The notes under the pieces were generated by a model. The model did no database searches. It worked only from the letters and a program-made list of their open reading frames with translations, and was not told the DNA's origin. A stretch of 63,640 nucleotides of DNA, counting the filler, from Pelomyxa schiedti (lineage: Eukaryota > Protista > Evosea), in assembly GCA_020536535.1 (NCBI GenBank). It is 12 parts of 12 records of this genome, joined end to end, with 100 filler letters (N's around TTAATTAATTAA, not from the genome) between each part and the next. Parts side by side here need not be neighbours in the genome. Positions count along the whole stretch, not along the records: positions 27,370 to 44,211 come from JAHLWZ010000075.1; positions 44,312 to 50,297 come from JAHLWZ010000404.1; 10 more parts are not named here. One strand, 5' to 3'. The translations under genes and the position numbers were made by a program. Below, one piece after another: positions 33,446 through 46,880 of this stretch (positions are counted from its first letter, which is position 1; each line of letters opens with the position of its first letter).

Positions 33446-36411
33446 ATGTTCCGGAAAATTAAAGAATTCAATAAAAAAAGAAACGCAGTGAGGTGGTGTG
33501 TCACGCCGCAAGATCCACATCTAGAAGATGTCGTCAGTTTGTCCGTGGGGAAATGCATGCGACAAGGTGCTACTCTCCACTCTCCTTTTTATTGCTTTTT
33601 TTACGTCTCCCCCGAAGTCCATCAAAAAAAAAATCGGGAATAAAGAAATAACAGTGACAATAAATAAACAGTTTGGGAGCGAGTGCGGACACGCAGCTGC
33701 GGCGCGAGGGCACGTGGGATGTTTACAGAACTTCTTCAATAAAAATCCCACCTTGATTAACGTGTCTTCACCGAAACAGATGGTATGTGTTTGAAGACCT
33801 CGATGTGCCTTTTAACTCTCTTTCTTTTCCTTTTAGAATGTATGTCCAACACCCTCTCCCTTACAATTAAAGTCTCACCCCACTGCCTCGATTTTGCTGC
33901 TCTTCATTGGATTATTCAGCTTGTATGTCGAATGATATAATCCATTGTGTTCTAATATTTTTTTTGCATAGGGCAACGTAAGTGAGCCTTTCTAACTTAT
34001 TGTAATTGAACCTTTTAAATTACAGGGTGTATGTTCCCACTTTTTTTATCCTGTTTGCATCACCTAATCTTACATCCGGCTTTGTGGCGTCTCCTTTCTT
34101 CAGTGGGGTGTGCCGTTAATTGGTTTTCTGCTCCAATCTAACAATTTCCAGTTTTCATGAAGGTATTCTCCAAGAACAACAACGAAAAAAAAATTTTCTA
34201 TGATGTCTAATTTCCCTCCTTCTTCACTCGACTGGCAAATAGGAGGTACTGTACTCCTGTTATGCTGAATATCTAACTTGTTACAGACACCGTTACATTG
34301 TGCAGCACGTTGCAGTCAACCTGATTGCGTTTCTGAGCTTATAAATAGGGGAGCCAAACTCGATGCTGTGTGTTATGTTGATGAGTGTTACACTCTAACT
34401 GATTTTGATCAGCCAGACAATATTGGCCGCACACCACTTCAAGTGGCCACGAACATACAAATACGGCAACTGATCAACAATTTCGTTGAAATGCAAAAGC
34501 AGCTTACAGATGCAAGTCACAAGGCTCTTGAAGCAGCGGAAATTCAACAGCAAGAATCGGAGTTGCATGCTGCCGCCGCTGCAGAAATATGTAATGAAGT
34601 TTTAAAGGCTGCAAACGCCAAGTCCGCAGTGTCAGCATGCACTACAGGTAAAAAAAGAGCTAAAGTAAATTGACTCAATTTAATCAGAAGTTCCAAAGAA
34701 GGAAGAAGTATGGGAAACCTCCCTTCGAGAGCACCTTGAAGAAGACCTTGTCAAGTTGAAACTTCTTCCTGCCCCATCCTCAGGTGATGTTGAGTTTACA
34801 CCACTTCCTACAAATGTGGAAGCAGCAAGGACAAAGGCCGACGAACTTGTGAAGTCGATTCACAAGAAAGTGAAGCTCTGCGTACAAGGATGTGCAGCTC
34901 TGCAGTGTGCTGCTGCCTGGGATGTGATGGGCCGAGTATTTGCTATGTCCGTGACCCACTGCCACAGCTCTATCGACAACAGCAACACCCTAGCTGCCAT
35001 GGCAAAACAACGCGGGGAAGAAATTGATGCTAGGGTTGCTGAATTGCAACAAAAACCACAAGACGCCCAACTCATTAAGAAAGTGAAGGAATCAAAAGCT
35101 GTTATTGAAGCTCTGAAGAATCAAGCTATCACAGCACTGGGGATGGCAGCAGTACTGGAAGAGTTCCAAAAGGCTTTGTCTACTGGAGTTGGGAAGGCCG
35201 CTGTTCTACGAGTAAATGCGACTAAAGTAGCTGAACGCGTTGCATCCCACATAAAAGCCAGAAAGGCATTCAAAGGCATGTCCCAGGATGAAGTGATAGA
35301 ACTACTGCTCGAGATAGGAGTTGATAAAAGCAAGATGGGAACAGAGGCTTCTGCGTTTTCTATGCTCCAGATTGACGGTGAGGAGTTGGAGTTATTGACA
35401 GCCGGCTATGGATCCTGGGGTGCATCATTCCCTCCTGGCGGCAATCTTTGTGCCTCCTCTAACCTTTTCAGACATCTTTCCGCAGAATACACCACTCCCT
35501 CTGCTTCAGCTCCAACGGATACACCCCAAGCACCTTCCGCCTATGCCGTGGTATCCAAAACCAAACAGGAGCTCAGGGCTTTCATAAACCTCAAGAAATT
35601 CGTTCACACCAGAGAGTCTGTCACCAATTTCGGAGTACTGCCTTCAGCTGTCATTTACAAGCAAATACAAGAAATCCAGGAGCTTCATATGAGAAATATA
35701 GAATCGTGGACACCACTGCAAGTGGAGAAGTGGCTCACTTCTAGAGGCATAACCCCAACCCTCGCACACACAGCAACCTGGGGTGGAGCCCTACCAGGCT
35801 GGGCCTTCATGTATGTCAGTGCAGCTGACCTCGCATGGTTTGGAGTTACAGTTCACGCCGACCGGATGTCCCTCTTCAAGCACATCACCGACCTCAAGTC
35901 CGAGTGGAATTCCCAGAAACAGCAACAAATTGAATCACCGCCATCATCCGCCTCCGCATCCTCCGGCACTCCCAACCCACCAGAGGGTAGCACCATAGAC
36001 TACCTACTGTCATTCCGGCCGGAACCCCTCTCCCTGGTCGAAACAAAGCCAAAGCGGATCCCCACGCTCGTGGCCCCAATACACCCGCTCATACAGCAAA
36101 GCGAGAAAGCCGCCGAGGACGCCGCCGCGGCCAACATAAACTCGGAGGAAGAGGCCGTACCCCCACCGCCACCACCTCCCCCTGATGAGTACGTGTGCCC
36201 GATTACTACCGACCTGATGGTGGACCCCGTAGTCGCCGCCGACGGCTATTTCTACGAGCGGGTGGCTATTTCCGCGTGGTTCGGGCTCGGCCACAGGACT
36301 TCACCAAAGACAAACCTCTTGCTAAAGTCCACGGACTTGTTCCCGTGCAACGCCCTACGCACATCCATCAATGACTGGGTCAAGGCCACCACCCAAAGAA
36401 AGAATCCCTAG
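33446..36411 (+). CDS. Ankyrin-repeat, coiled-coil, SAM, U-box protein (E3 ligase), multi-exon
   Basis: Ankyrin: HAAAARGHVGCL, TPLHCAARCSQPDCVSELINRGA, DNIGRTPLQVA. SAM-like: IESWTPLQVEKWL..DLAWFGV. U-box: PDEYVCPITTDLMVDPVVAADGYFYERVAISAWF..TSPKTNLLL..LFPCNALRTSINDW. Confidence 0.9.
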
Positions 36412-36549
36412 AGATGCAAAAGAGACAATCACCATTTCACCAACACCCAAATCCAACATTCCTAAAACAAATCAAAGTCACAACAGTTCTGTTCTCTTTT
36501 TTTTTTTTTCAACAAACAGGGGTGCATGTGGGTGGTAAATGCTATGTTT

Positions 36550-37235
36550 TGTTCAAGAAATTGCTTGTATGTTGACTCTGCCTCTAGCCAATGAATTACC
36601 GGCTGTTGGATGTGATAGGTTGATAACGGCCATTTCACCAGGCTGTTGTGAAATTGTATATGTTTTGGTTTTAGCATTTTGTGTGGTTTTACTCTAGGAA
36701 GTTTCAATTGGAGGACATACAGTTACATCGGCAACATAAAGAACGCCGTGATTGCTGGTTACTTCCATGTGGTTCTGCCTGAATGTGCCTGTGTAGGTCT
36801 TTGGTACTTGTTGGCCAGGCCCTTCATTGGTGTTTCCGCCGCTAACATTTCCCCATTCATCGACCTGTTGGTAACCATTGTTAGTGCCAACCGGCTATAA
36901 ACTACTGCGATGGCGAAAAATAACAATTAACCTTACAGTTTATATCTCGAATTCAAAATTAAGCGAAACCAAAGTGGAAACGTAATAGTTAATATTATTA
37001 CAGTATTACAACTTTGGGAACATAGACAACATACAATGAACTTCATACCCCAACCGGGTGAGTTCCAGTTGGTAGACGAGTTCCATTCTGTTGAGTTGCC
37101 GTCACCAGCACAGAACCCAATGGAAATGGCAAGTTTGTTTATTCTTCCCATCTCTTCGTGAATGATATGTCTGTTGCGCGACTTATTGTTTGATTGATTT
37201 AGAAGTATTAAATGTATGTAATTTACGCTGGCATT
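36550..37235 (-). CDS. Possible small multi-exon hypothetical protein (Gly/Asn/Trp-rich)
   Basis: Open exons LAISIGFCAGDGNSTEWNSSTNWNSPGW, VGTNNGYQQVDEWGNVSGG..HGVLYVAD and PGEMAVINLSHPTAGNSLARGRVNIQAIS*, separated by AT-rich GT-AG segments. Confidence 0.4.
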
Positions 37236-37536
37236 GTGTGTTGGTCGTTGACAACGAGAAAAAAAAAAAAAAGTGCACATTAAAAAGCCTTTTCTACCTT
37301 TCTACAATAGACCAAAATTGCCTCTAAATCAACACACTTCACTTGCTCTGTTGTTGTACACACTAATTACACCACAACACCGTCGTTTCTTTCTGCCCGA
37401 TTGATATGAAATTTGCTACTGAAAACGATCAAAAACCGCAAACGTGATTATGCTCCTTAGGAGCGCTTGTTTGAAACATGTAGTTTCCCAGTTACATAGT
37501 TACCTTCAAGAATTTTGAAGGTAACTGAACTTACTA

Positions 37537-40500
37537 CTAGGGGAGTTTGTAGTCGTTGTGGTGCGATAAGGATTTGGTGGAAGTTAGTGATGTGGATATG
37601 AATGATATGATAAAGCGGAGTGTTGGTGTGATGATGAACCGTCTAAGAAGCGGCAGTGATAGCATAAGGGTGCATATAAGAAGCATTTCACTGTTCACGA
37701 ACGCAACATCACGCTCCGGCCAGAAGAATTCAGCAACCTCATATGTTGCGGATGACAGCAGAGAATGTGCGTACAATGTTATCCATAGCGTAACCTCACT
37801 GCCCACCGTGCTTCTAAATAGTATGTCCAAAGCCGGGTGGTTCTTTGTGGGCTGGTTATTCGAGGTGGCTTCTGTTGCTCCTTCATTTGGATTCTGGAGT
37901 CCTTGACCTAGGCATGCTACTGCAAGAAGGAAGCTGGCGAATTTATCCGCAATAAGTAGCGTTCCACCGAGGGACTGACTGTATATTAGATGCAGAAGGA
38001 AAGAAAAAGTGAAGGAAATGAATACCTTGTGAACTTCAGTTGGAAAAGGCAGCCAGGGCCACGCTAGAACTTCAGCGTTAAAATGGTAGTCTCTCCTTCA
38101 AGTTGCGTGACAACTATAGCCAATAGATAAAGCCAGAAAAACTATCAAAGGAGGCAGCAGCCGGGAGTTTTGGTTGGAGCTATTTCGCTGGGATAGTCTT
38201 CTCATTGCCAGAAAAGCAGGAAGCTGTTCTACCAGGAATATATCTCGCTCCTTTTTTTGGTACAGAATAAATGTAAAGGCTACAACCGGAAGGTGCCATA
38301 AGTTGAGATCACCAAACATAATCTACATACTTGTTACAAAATTGTTTTTTCAGGTCAACATACAGGATGGAGTTGCGAAAGAAGTATCAATCCAATGCAA
38401 ATGAAGATAATAAGCATATTTAACTCTTCCATTCCAGAGGAAATTAACCCGGATTCGATATATAATACGATGGAAATTGCAACAGAGTGCGCCAGTACAT
38501 ATATTTTTTGCTTCCATCCGGCAGCAAAGACAAACTGCCAGCATAAAAATCTACAAAAGATAAGTGGTGTGTCTGTCAGAATTATACTTACGTGAGTATT
38601 GAAAACAATGTAAATGAATGTGCAGTAAAGTAATTGGCATCTATCATGTCTTGCACAATTTGTCCAACCATCAGTCGGTAACTGAGCATCCATCCACAGG
38701 TCAAGACACAAATAAGTGAATCCCTAAGCATAGATATGGGAACGTTGCCGGAATCAAGTGCAATTGAAATTGCAATCAGGCCGCTCAAAAAACTGGGGAA
38801 TGGAATCAGAGCATCAAATTGCCTATTCCGCCAAAACAGCGGTGCCATTCCACATAAAATTAGACTGAGCCAGAAAGATAGAGCCAACAGGAAGACGAGA
38901 CTAAGTTTGTATTCAATCCCTTGTGAAAATCATTACTCCTCAAACAACTCTCCAAATAGAAAATACTTGCGGAACGAGGGATTTTGTGCAGATACAAAAT
39001 GTATGAGGCCGCAAATGAAATAATATTGATGAAGCAGAACCGGAAGAAGGGGAAATGCTTTTCAGCAATCACTTCTTTAAAGAGGTGAGAAGGTTGCAAA
39101 TTACGAGTAGACTTACCACTCAGTTTCCTAGCTAGGTCATGGAATTTCTGAACTGACTCAGAGTGGGGCAAAGTTTCAAGCAGTTTGACGATTGCCCCAA
39201 GGTACTTTACATCAGTTTTTCGAGGCATAAGTTCGTCCTGGACAGATTTTGGAACAGAAAGCCCGCTTCCCTCAATATTGGTAAGGAGTTGCAGGCAAGT
39301 CTGTGCGTAAAGAGTGGAAATAAATTCCGCATTATCTGAAGCTGGTGTTGGGATTCCAAAAGAGCTCATTGGAATGGATGCACAAGAAAGGTATTGAGAA
39401 AGAGTAGACGCTACATCAGTAACTTGGAGAAGAGGAAATACCCCAGCACTACTATTTGATTGGGGTTGTAGCTGGAGGCTTGGGTTATATAAATAAATGA
39501 AGGCTTCATTTCCCTCCAACTCGGGTCCATGTACTGACGATGAAACGTCGGCATGATATGTGCCACCATGGTCTGTCATTACGATCAGTAGGTACTCTGG
39601 GTGCACTTGCACCCATTTCTTAACTTCCTCAAGTTCCTTAGTGAAGTCAAGACTTTCTACGTTAACGGGAAAGTACTTCATAAAGTGCCTTTGCCAGTCT
39701 AGAAGCCTTGGAGCTGTATTTTCCATTTTTGCTTCTATGGTTTACCAGGTCAAGGACTTCACTTGAGATTAGAACGCTCACTTGCCCATTGTTGGTCATA
39801 TTGTCAACACGTGCTCTAATCTTTTAACTTAAATTTAAGGTAATAGCCTGGCACTACCTCATCTCCACTTCCAGATAAAACGGAGCCAAAAATAGTGTCT
39901 GGAACAGAGGAATATCTGAACTCTTTCACTAGATTTCGGGGGAAAAGAGACGCTAGGCCATCAAAATGCTTTTTTACTGCGTAGAAAGAAACCTGGAGGT
40001 CTATCAGAGGTAAGTAGGAATAGGAATATGTACAGTCTTTGTCTTTCCATCGCATTCATTCATTTGATACAACAAGTTATCTGTTTTAATTGGGTTTCCC
40101 ACTATATTGGTTTGAGGAACTCCAACAAAATAACTTGTAACTACCGCACTAGTTATTTGGATCATCCGAGTTTGGGCTAAACATAGATTGGGTAAGAAAT
40201 AAAAAAAGATGTAGGATTGTATGCTTACCACGATAGACGTGGGTGTTATCTCCACTGGTTATACCAAACTTGGTGGCAACGTCAAAGGCCAGACCATCCA
40301 CAAAAAAAGTAAGAAACCTACAAAATTTGGAGAAGTACATGAGCCACGTTACTTAGTAATTAATCACAGGCTGTAAAGGAAAATAGATATTATGTGCTCT
40401 TACTTGTCATATCCAAGGCCAAAACTCTTCTTGTCCGGGCACAGTTCTCCGGAGTACTGCCTTCGTTTCCTCATTTCCATTGCGCACTTGTCTGTCATTC

Positions 40501-40969
40501 CTCCAGGATAATTCTTGCTATCCAATGTAATTCCACTGCGGTTCTGACCAGGTTTTAGCACCGCGGAGGAGTTATAATCACTGTTCCGGCCGGAATCACC
40601 ACCTCGATCCGGCAGGCACCAGCACAGCCGGTTATCAGCGGCTGAGCCGGCAGTAGTAGACATGACGAGGCCGTACTGCCCACTTGTCCTCCTACCCGCG
40701 TTCACCACACACACCCACAAGCACACCGCAAACATTCCCCCAATCACTCCCATTGCTCTTGCTCTCCCCTTTCCACTCCCGTTACCTTTCCCTCCCGTTC
40801 CTCCTTCCGCTGGTTCCCCTCTGTCTGTTGTATCTCCGTCTCCCCCAGCCTGGTGGGAGGCACCATCCGCCCGGACATCACATTCACCCACCCTTGGCCT
40901 GGACAACAAGGCCCGATTTGGTGTGGTGCTGTGTTGTTGTTGTGCCTCCTCCTCGCCGTGGCTTATCAT
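37537..40969 (-). CDS. GPI ethanolamine-phosphate transferase (PIG-O/PIG-G-like): luminal alkaline-phosphatase-fold domain plus many TM helices; multi-exon
   Basis: FFVDGLAFD, NPIKTDNLLYQM, LLIVMTDHGG..HG, LQVTDVASTLSQYL..IPMSSFG motifs, followed by ~1.5 kb of hydrophobic multi-TM coding sequence. Ends approximate. Confidence 0.8.
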
Positions 40970-41172
40970 TCCGCTATATTGACACCAGACTACTGCTACT
41001 ACCCCACACTAACACACACACAACAGACAAGGAATGAGTGTGTGGTGTGGGTTCGTTGGTTAGTTTAAGTTTTTGGGTTGATTTTTCCTTTCGTTGATTC
41101 AGAGATTACGCTTCTGCTAAGCACCCCAAACGTTTGCTTGCCTTATCGATAACCACAGTCAATCAGCCTGCA

Positions 41173-43053
41173 ATGTCGTCGCCGTCATCGCCTGGTAGTA
41201 CTGCTGGTGGCGGCAGCGCTACCACACCCACCGCCACCTGCGATGCGCCCACCACACCAACAACCAGCGCCACCGCAACCCAACCACAACCACAACCACA
41301 ACCAACAGCAACAACAACGGAAGGTAAGGGCGATGGTGGTGGTGGTGATAGTGAGAGTATGTTGGCGTGCGTGATGTCGTGGAAGGACTCGGGGCGCGAC
41401 GCGGACACCAGGTCCCGTGACCTGACCGCACTCGCTACCGCCATAACAAAGGTAGGGCTGTGTGTCTTATTGCGATTGTGGGTGTGAACAATGCCAAAAA
41501 AATAAAATGTGCGCTGTGTTGTTGGTGTCTCTATGTGTGTTGTCTGATCAGTGCGCCAATGACAAGTGTTATATTATGGTGTTATAACAAGGTAGTGCCC
41601 ACGTGTGTTTTCTATTATTATTACAAAAAAACAAACAAAAAAACAAACAACAAAATTAATCAAAGGATACATACCTCGTATTGGAGAAGAAATACTATAT
41701 ATGAACATAAGATACCATTTGAAAAGCTCAGTTCTAATCCAGGCCACTGGAAACCTTTGGTCCGTTATTTGTCTGACAGAGGAGTCACAAATTCACGTTG
41801 TTTCAGCCTTCACCACCGATTTGAACGCTGACCGATTCTTTGGCGGATGTATTCTGGGCCATCCGGACCTCTGTGTGGACTTCTATGCCGTAACAAAGGT
41901 GACACTGATGGAACTCAATAGGCTCACACGCGCCCCTCTTCCCAGCTGCCAGCACATCTCTGCTACAATTGGTTCTACTAAAGGAACTCTTAGTGGAACA
42001 TCCACCAAGCCAAGTGCTGTGAGGGTGGAGGTTGTTGCCCCTTTGGACAAGTGCGAGCTAACGCCCGCGGGATTTGAGCGCCACATTCCGGCTATACTCG
42101 CTGAGCTTTATCCCGATTTATATCCCCGGCCAACATCAACTGAAACGCCCAAAATGAACGATTCCTCTTCCGCCTGCTTCGCTGATGTGCTACCTTCCAG
42201 CGAACTGGGAAGATGGCCGGGCGGAAAGATACCGCGGATCATCGTTGTAGACTACGGCCGGTGTCATTACATGATGCCAGATGGTTCCGCACATATTCCG
42301 TGGCTGGTTACCAATTACTGCTATCGCCCAAGAGGATGGAATGGCTCCGGTCCTGTTGTAAATGGTGCCGGGGAGGAAACCCGCACAGACTTTGAAGAGA
42401 GTTGGGGCTTTCTGCAGACCTTTGGGTATACGGATAAGGAGTCTCTAAAAGAGTGCATATCTGCCTGCCCAGTGCGAGGGGAGGTTCTAACAAGGGTGAA
42501 ATATGAGCTGCTGGTGAGATGGCTGCATGAGAGGCTTCTTAACCACCACTTACATGCAACAGCCAACGTTACCGCGGCCCACAGTACATCCCCAAGTGCA
42601 ACCGGGTGCCCAATCTGCTGCACGATCGCACTGCGGGCGATGATGCTATCAACTCAAAGATACCTCAAAGCAGCAAAATTCTCTGTTATAAAGGCACTGT
42701 ACGCGGCTATGCCGGAGCTAGAAGAATCACTGCAATTCTCGGCGTTCCAGACCAGAATAGAATTCCTCCAGCCCGGATTCCACCCCCAAATGCGCGTCAC
42801 ACTGGTCAACTACCATCCCACCGACGGAGTATGGCAAGTCACCAGGCCAGTCAAACCATGCACGGTCAGAGTGCGTGCAGTGTTCACCCTCGCTCTTGAT
42901 GGTTCTGACACGGGAAGAGTCACAGCCACAGTGGGAGGGGAGGAGAATGGAACCGGGCCGGTGGAGTCCGGAACCAACAACAAGTTCTGGGGAGTTGTTG
43001 ACTGCAGCACAGGAGAAACAGTACCCTACTGTGACACATCACCCACTTGGTAA
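41173..43053 (+). CDS. Hypothetical protein (two exons)
   Basis: Exon 1 MSSPSS..LATAITK, intron ~41452-41664, then a long open exon from GYIPRIGEEILYM to TAA 43053. Confidence 0.7.
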
Positions 43054-43115
43054 GCACCCATGTAAACAAGAAACAGAAATTACGAACTACAACAACAAAA
43101 AAAAAAAACAAGTAT

Positions 43116-43187
43116 TGCGTTTGCCGGGAATCGAACCCGGAACAACAGCTTGGAAGGCTGCTATGAGAACCATTTCACCACAAACGC
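43116..43187 (-). tRNA. tRNA-Gly(TCC)
   Basis: Reverse complement GCGTTTGTGGTGAAATGGTTCTCATAGCAGCCTTCCAAGCTGTTGTTCCGGGTTCGATTCCCGGCAAACGCA, with downstream poly-T. Confidence 0.95.
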
Positions 43188-43303
43188 TGACAATCGGAAG
43201 GAGAGGTTATTTCCTTAAAATGTCTGTTTCGTTGTAGTTTGGAACCAAGGAAATAACCTGTCTGGGTAGATTTAAGGCTGTGGCAGCTCTATTTGTGATA
43301 TCA

Positions 43304-43375
43304 GCGCTGTTAACTCAGAGGAAGAGTATTGGACTTCGGATCCAAGGGTCGCAGGTTCGATCCCTGCACAGCGCG
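43304..43375 (+). tRNA. tRNA-Arg(TCG)
   Basis: GCGCTGT/ACAGCGC acceptor, D-loop with A20, TTGGA-CT TCG GA-TCCAA anticodon arm, GCAGG-TTCGATC-CCTGC T-arm, T7 terminator. Confidence 0.95.
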
Positions 43376-43383
43376 AAATTTTT

Positions 43384-44211
43384 TTAGTACAGTCTGAGCA
43401 GACACACTTTGAATCTTGTGACGTCGATTGGCACAGAGAAATTGCCAATGAGGAAGCCAGTGACACCCTCATGAAGTGAGAACCCCATTTCATTTTGCTG
43501 ACTGTTGCTTTGGTGTGAAGTTGAAAGGATGAGGCCTGATTGTTGATCGGCAACGGCCCAAGTGCATGGAACACACAGTAATGGCTGTGCGAGGTTCCCA
43601 TTGCTGAAGACCTGGAAGTTGGGGTCTTCTGATGACCAGTGAGCAAACACATGAGTTTTCTGGAGTGTGCTGACTGTTTTGCCCTTAGGAAACACCCACC
43701 TTGTTGTTGCCAACGCTGATGCATCAACAAGTGAGTAATTGTGCACAGGAACAAATCCAGAAACCACCAACATGCAAGGGGAACCGTCGGGCATCCACGT
43801 CACACCTCTTGTGTACCTTGTTGGACCAGTACTTTGTCCACATACAATCTTTGATTTGACAACAAGCTCCTTGTTTGTGAAGGTGGCTTCCAAGTCAACA
43901 AGCACAACGGCATCCATTGTGCCTCCTTCAGTGGTGCCATACAAAATCAGAGTGTCACCTCCCAGAGGTGCGAATTCAACCCTCTTTATCCTGATATCTC
44001 CGCTTTTCACAACCATGTCATTTCCAGCAGGTGCACCACCCACCACCTTGTGAATGAACAGTGACGGCACCACTCCCACTCCTCTGGGAGTACTACACCC
44101 CACAATCCACTTCCTGTTGCACTGTACTCCCCTCACTTGAGCCCATGACTCCAGGGATGGCTCAGGTGCGTCGCTCGCGTCCCACGCAGTTGTATCCTTG
44201 ATGATTGGATC
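43384..44211 (-). CDS. C-terminal part of a beta-propeller-like hypothetical protein (probably the same expanded family as 2838-4364)
   Basis: Open frame CNRKWIVGC..VLVDLEATFTNKELVV..FQVFSNGNLAQPLLCV..SGLIL..LHEGVTGFLIG; 5' end cut by the linker. Confidence 0.65.
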   Translation of the reverse strand, partial: DPIIKDTTAWDASDAPEPSLESWAQVRGVQCNRKWIVGCSTPRGVGVVPSLFIHKVVGGAPAGNDMVVKSGDIRIKRVEFAPLGGDTLILYGTTEGGTMDAVVLVDLEATFTNKELVVKSKIVCGQSTGPTRYTRGVTWMPDGSPCMLVVSGFVPVHNYSLVDASALATTRWVFPKGKTVSTLQKTHVFAHWSSEDPNFQVFSNGNLAQPLLCVPCTWAVADQQSGLILSTSHQSNSQQNEMGFSLHEGVTGFLIGNFSVPIDVTRFKVCLLRLY

Positions 44212-44705
44212 NNNNNNNNNNNNNNNNNNNNNNNNNNNNNNNNNNNNNNNNNNNNTTAATTAATTAANNNNNNNNNNNNNNNNNNNNNNNNNNNNNNNNN
44301 NNNNNNNNNNNATGCTCCATGATTGGCGAAAAAAACAAGGAGGACGCCTGCAAGCAACCTTTATGACAAGCCAACTTGCTAACAGTGCGACAACCGCGAG
44401 TGCCTTTTTCTAAGCTTAGATCTCTATGTTGGCAGAACACACACCTCAAGGAGAAGCATTGCATGCCCATCCTCTTTGCCGTACCCTCCCATCAGTCTTC
44501 CTTTTCTTCCTGAGTTGGGTGTTTCACGAAGTGATCACGAATAATCAACAGCAGGGGAAACCAAAATCCCAAGAACCAGACAGCAGCCAAGAGCGACAAA
44601 CCCATTTTCGTTCCCTGGGAAGCAGTCACACGAGGGACAGGAACGAGCACTAGATTCGTTGTTTCCATCTGAAATCCAGTGTTTGTGTTCGTTCTTAGAA
44701 AACAA

Positions 44706-46264
44706 ATGGCAGGTGAGACCACACCAATGCAGTCACAGTTGCACAACAACAACAGCAGCGGGACCAGTAGGGCAGGGAGCGAGTTTAACTACGTCGATGT
44801 AGCGCAGTTTGATGTCCGCTACCTCTGCTCGGTCTGTAAGAGTCCGGCGAACGGACCTGTCCTCCACGACTGTGCTGCTTGCTTGTGCTGCGCGTGCTCT
44901 ATCAAGGTTTGTTTGCTGTGTGGATTAATATTTTAGTATTTGGATTGTTAATATGAGCTTGTGTGGGGGTTGAGCAGGTGAGAGTGTGTCCGGTGTGTGA
45001 GGAGGACCTTGAAGGGAGATCAAAGCCAATTACTGTGAAGACTGTGCTTTTGAAGTTGGCTTCGATTCCTGTGTACTGCCCTGTGTGCAAAAATGTGGTA
45101 CCCAGGGACTACCTTGATGAGCACATAGCTAACTGCCCAATTGGTGAGTTAACACACTTGAGTGATTAAAACTTACCTCAATCCAAACAGAGTGCCTAAA
45201 TAAGTGTGGAATTAAAGTCTCGCCTCGTAATCAGGAACTCCACAACCTGACAGAGTGCTTGGCTGTGTTTGTTCGGTGTGAGCAATGCAATGATTTAATA
45301 CAGAGGAAATCATTGCAGGACCTCTCCCACAAACAGTTGGATTGTCCAGTCAGTACGTTTTTACTTTAATTTCCATTTAAGCTAAGCTAAGTTAATTTAG
45401 ATTGCGAAAACCAATGTGGAAAGAGAGTGAGACCCAGAGACATCCCTCAACACAATGCAACGACGTGCACTATGATGATTGTGAGATGCACTATGCCACA
45501 GTTTTGCACATGGTCCGGACGAAGGTGCGAACAAAATGCCCACCTGGAGTCATGTCTTCTGGCTAAACTGAGCCCCGTGTTGAACTCATTGATTGATGAA
45601 AACAAAACCCTGTACAAGATACTGGAAGAATCAAACAGGCAAAACGAGGAGTCAGCACAACAACTGGAAGAAAAGTACCGCCGAAGAGAGGCTGAGATGG
45701 TCTCAAAGATATCTGTGCTGGAGTTCCGCATGTCCAAGCTTCTAGGTAATGTATTCCCTGAAGGTATTATGATGGATGCACCTGTGCAAATCCTGCAGGG
45801 CTGGACACTGCATTACATGCAGCCATACTCACACTGCACACAACCTTCCGACATCGACCCTGGACAAGGGGAATGGGTGTTGATTGCTTCCCAACTTGTA
45901 TGTCCTTTTTCTCTACGATGCAGTATTCATTTCCTTTATTAAAATGTAACCAACCAAACAGACAGGAACAGATTTGCTGTCACTGTGTGCCATTGGAAGG
46001 AGGGAAGAAGTGTGCCACAGGACCACATCCTCCACCACTGCACAGCTCCACAGGGGCACATACTGGTACTTTGTGGAAGGCAAGTCGTTTGGCTTCTCCC
46101 CAACAGCCCGCTTGCACCTTTCAGCCGCAGACATATGTGATAACGACGGCCCAGACAGGCGCCTGTGCTGGTGCATCAATGGCCGAGGAGGTTGGCGATC
46201 AGGCAGAGCACTCCGCGGTGTTGAGCAGTCGACCCCATGGCTCAAGCTGGTCTACTGGGCCTAA
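44706..46264 (+). CDS. RING + TRAF-type zinc fingers + coiled coil + unassigned C-terminal domain, copy 1 (multi-exon)
   Basis: RING CSVCKSPANGPVLHDCAACLCCAC..CPVC; zf-TRAF CPVCKNVVPRDYLDEHIANC, CLNKCGIKV..HNLTEC, CENQCGKRVRPRDIPQHNATTC; coiled coil; C-terminal GWTLHY..PYSH..YWYFVEGKSFGFSP..RRLCWCINGRGGWRSG. Confidence 0.85.
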
Positions 46265-46880
46265 AGGTGTTTGTCTGTTTTGTTGCAAAACATGCAAGTC
46301 CACATTCACTCACATGAAACTGTTCCACTCAGTTGAAAAACCGAGATAAATAAGTATCATCCATTATAACGCATGAGTGGCCTCAATGTGATGTTGCTTC
46401 AAGCAGTCCCTCTGGCTTTTGATGTACCATCGGCATTGACACAGCCGAAATTTCGGTTTAGCGGAAGAAACTATTAGTTGATCGACAACAATGCATTGTT
46501 TCGTTTCGATTCTCGTTGTAGTGGCACTACCAATCGTGCTACCACCAGTGGTTTTTATTTTCCCCACGTATGTTCTTCTTCTATTCGGTTTGTTTTGCTT
46601 TTCTTTTAAAAACCTAACCGCACCAGCGCCGACGCTTTGTTGTCAACCCATAATGCCGCCCACCAGCCTGGTGGCGGCGCGGCAGCTATTGCAAGCTCTC
46701 CGTGGTGTTGGGATGGCGCAGAGGGGGACAAGGAGGGCAAGGCCCTGTGCGACATCAAGAAGGACAACCAGCCATCGTCGNNNNNNNNNNNNNNNNNNNN
46801 NNNNNNNNNNNNNNNNNNNNNNNNNNNNNNNNNNNNNNNNNNNNNNNNNNNNNNNNNNNNNNNNNNNNNNNNNNNNNNNN

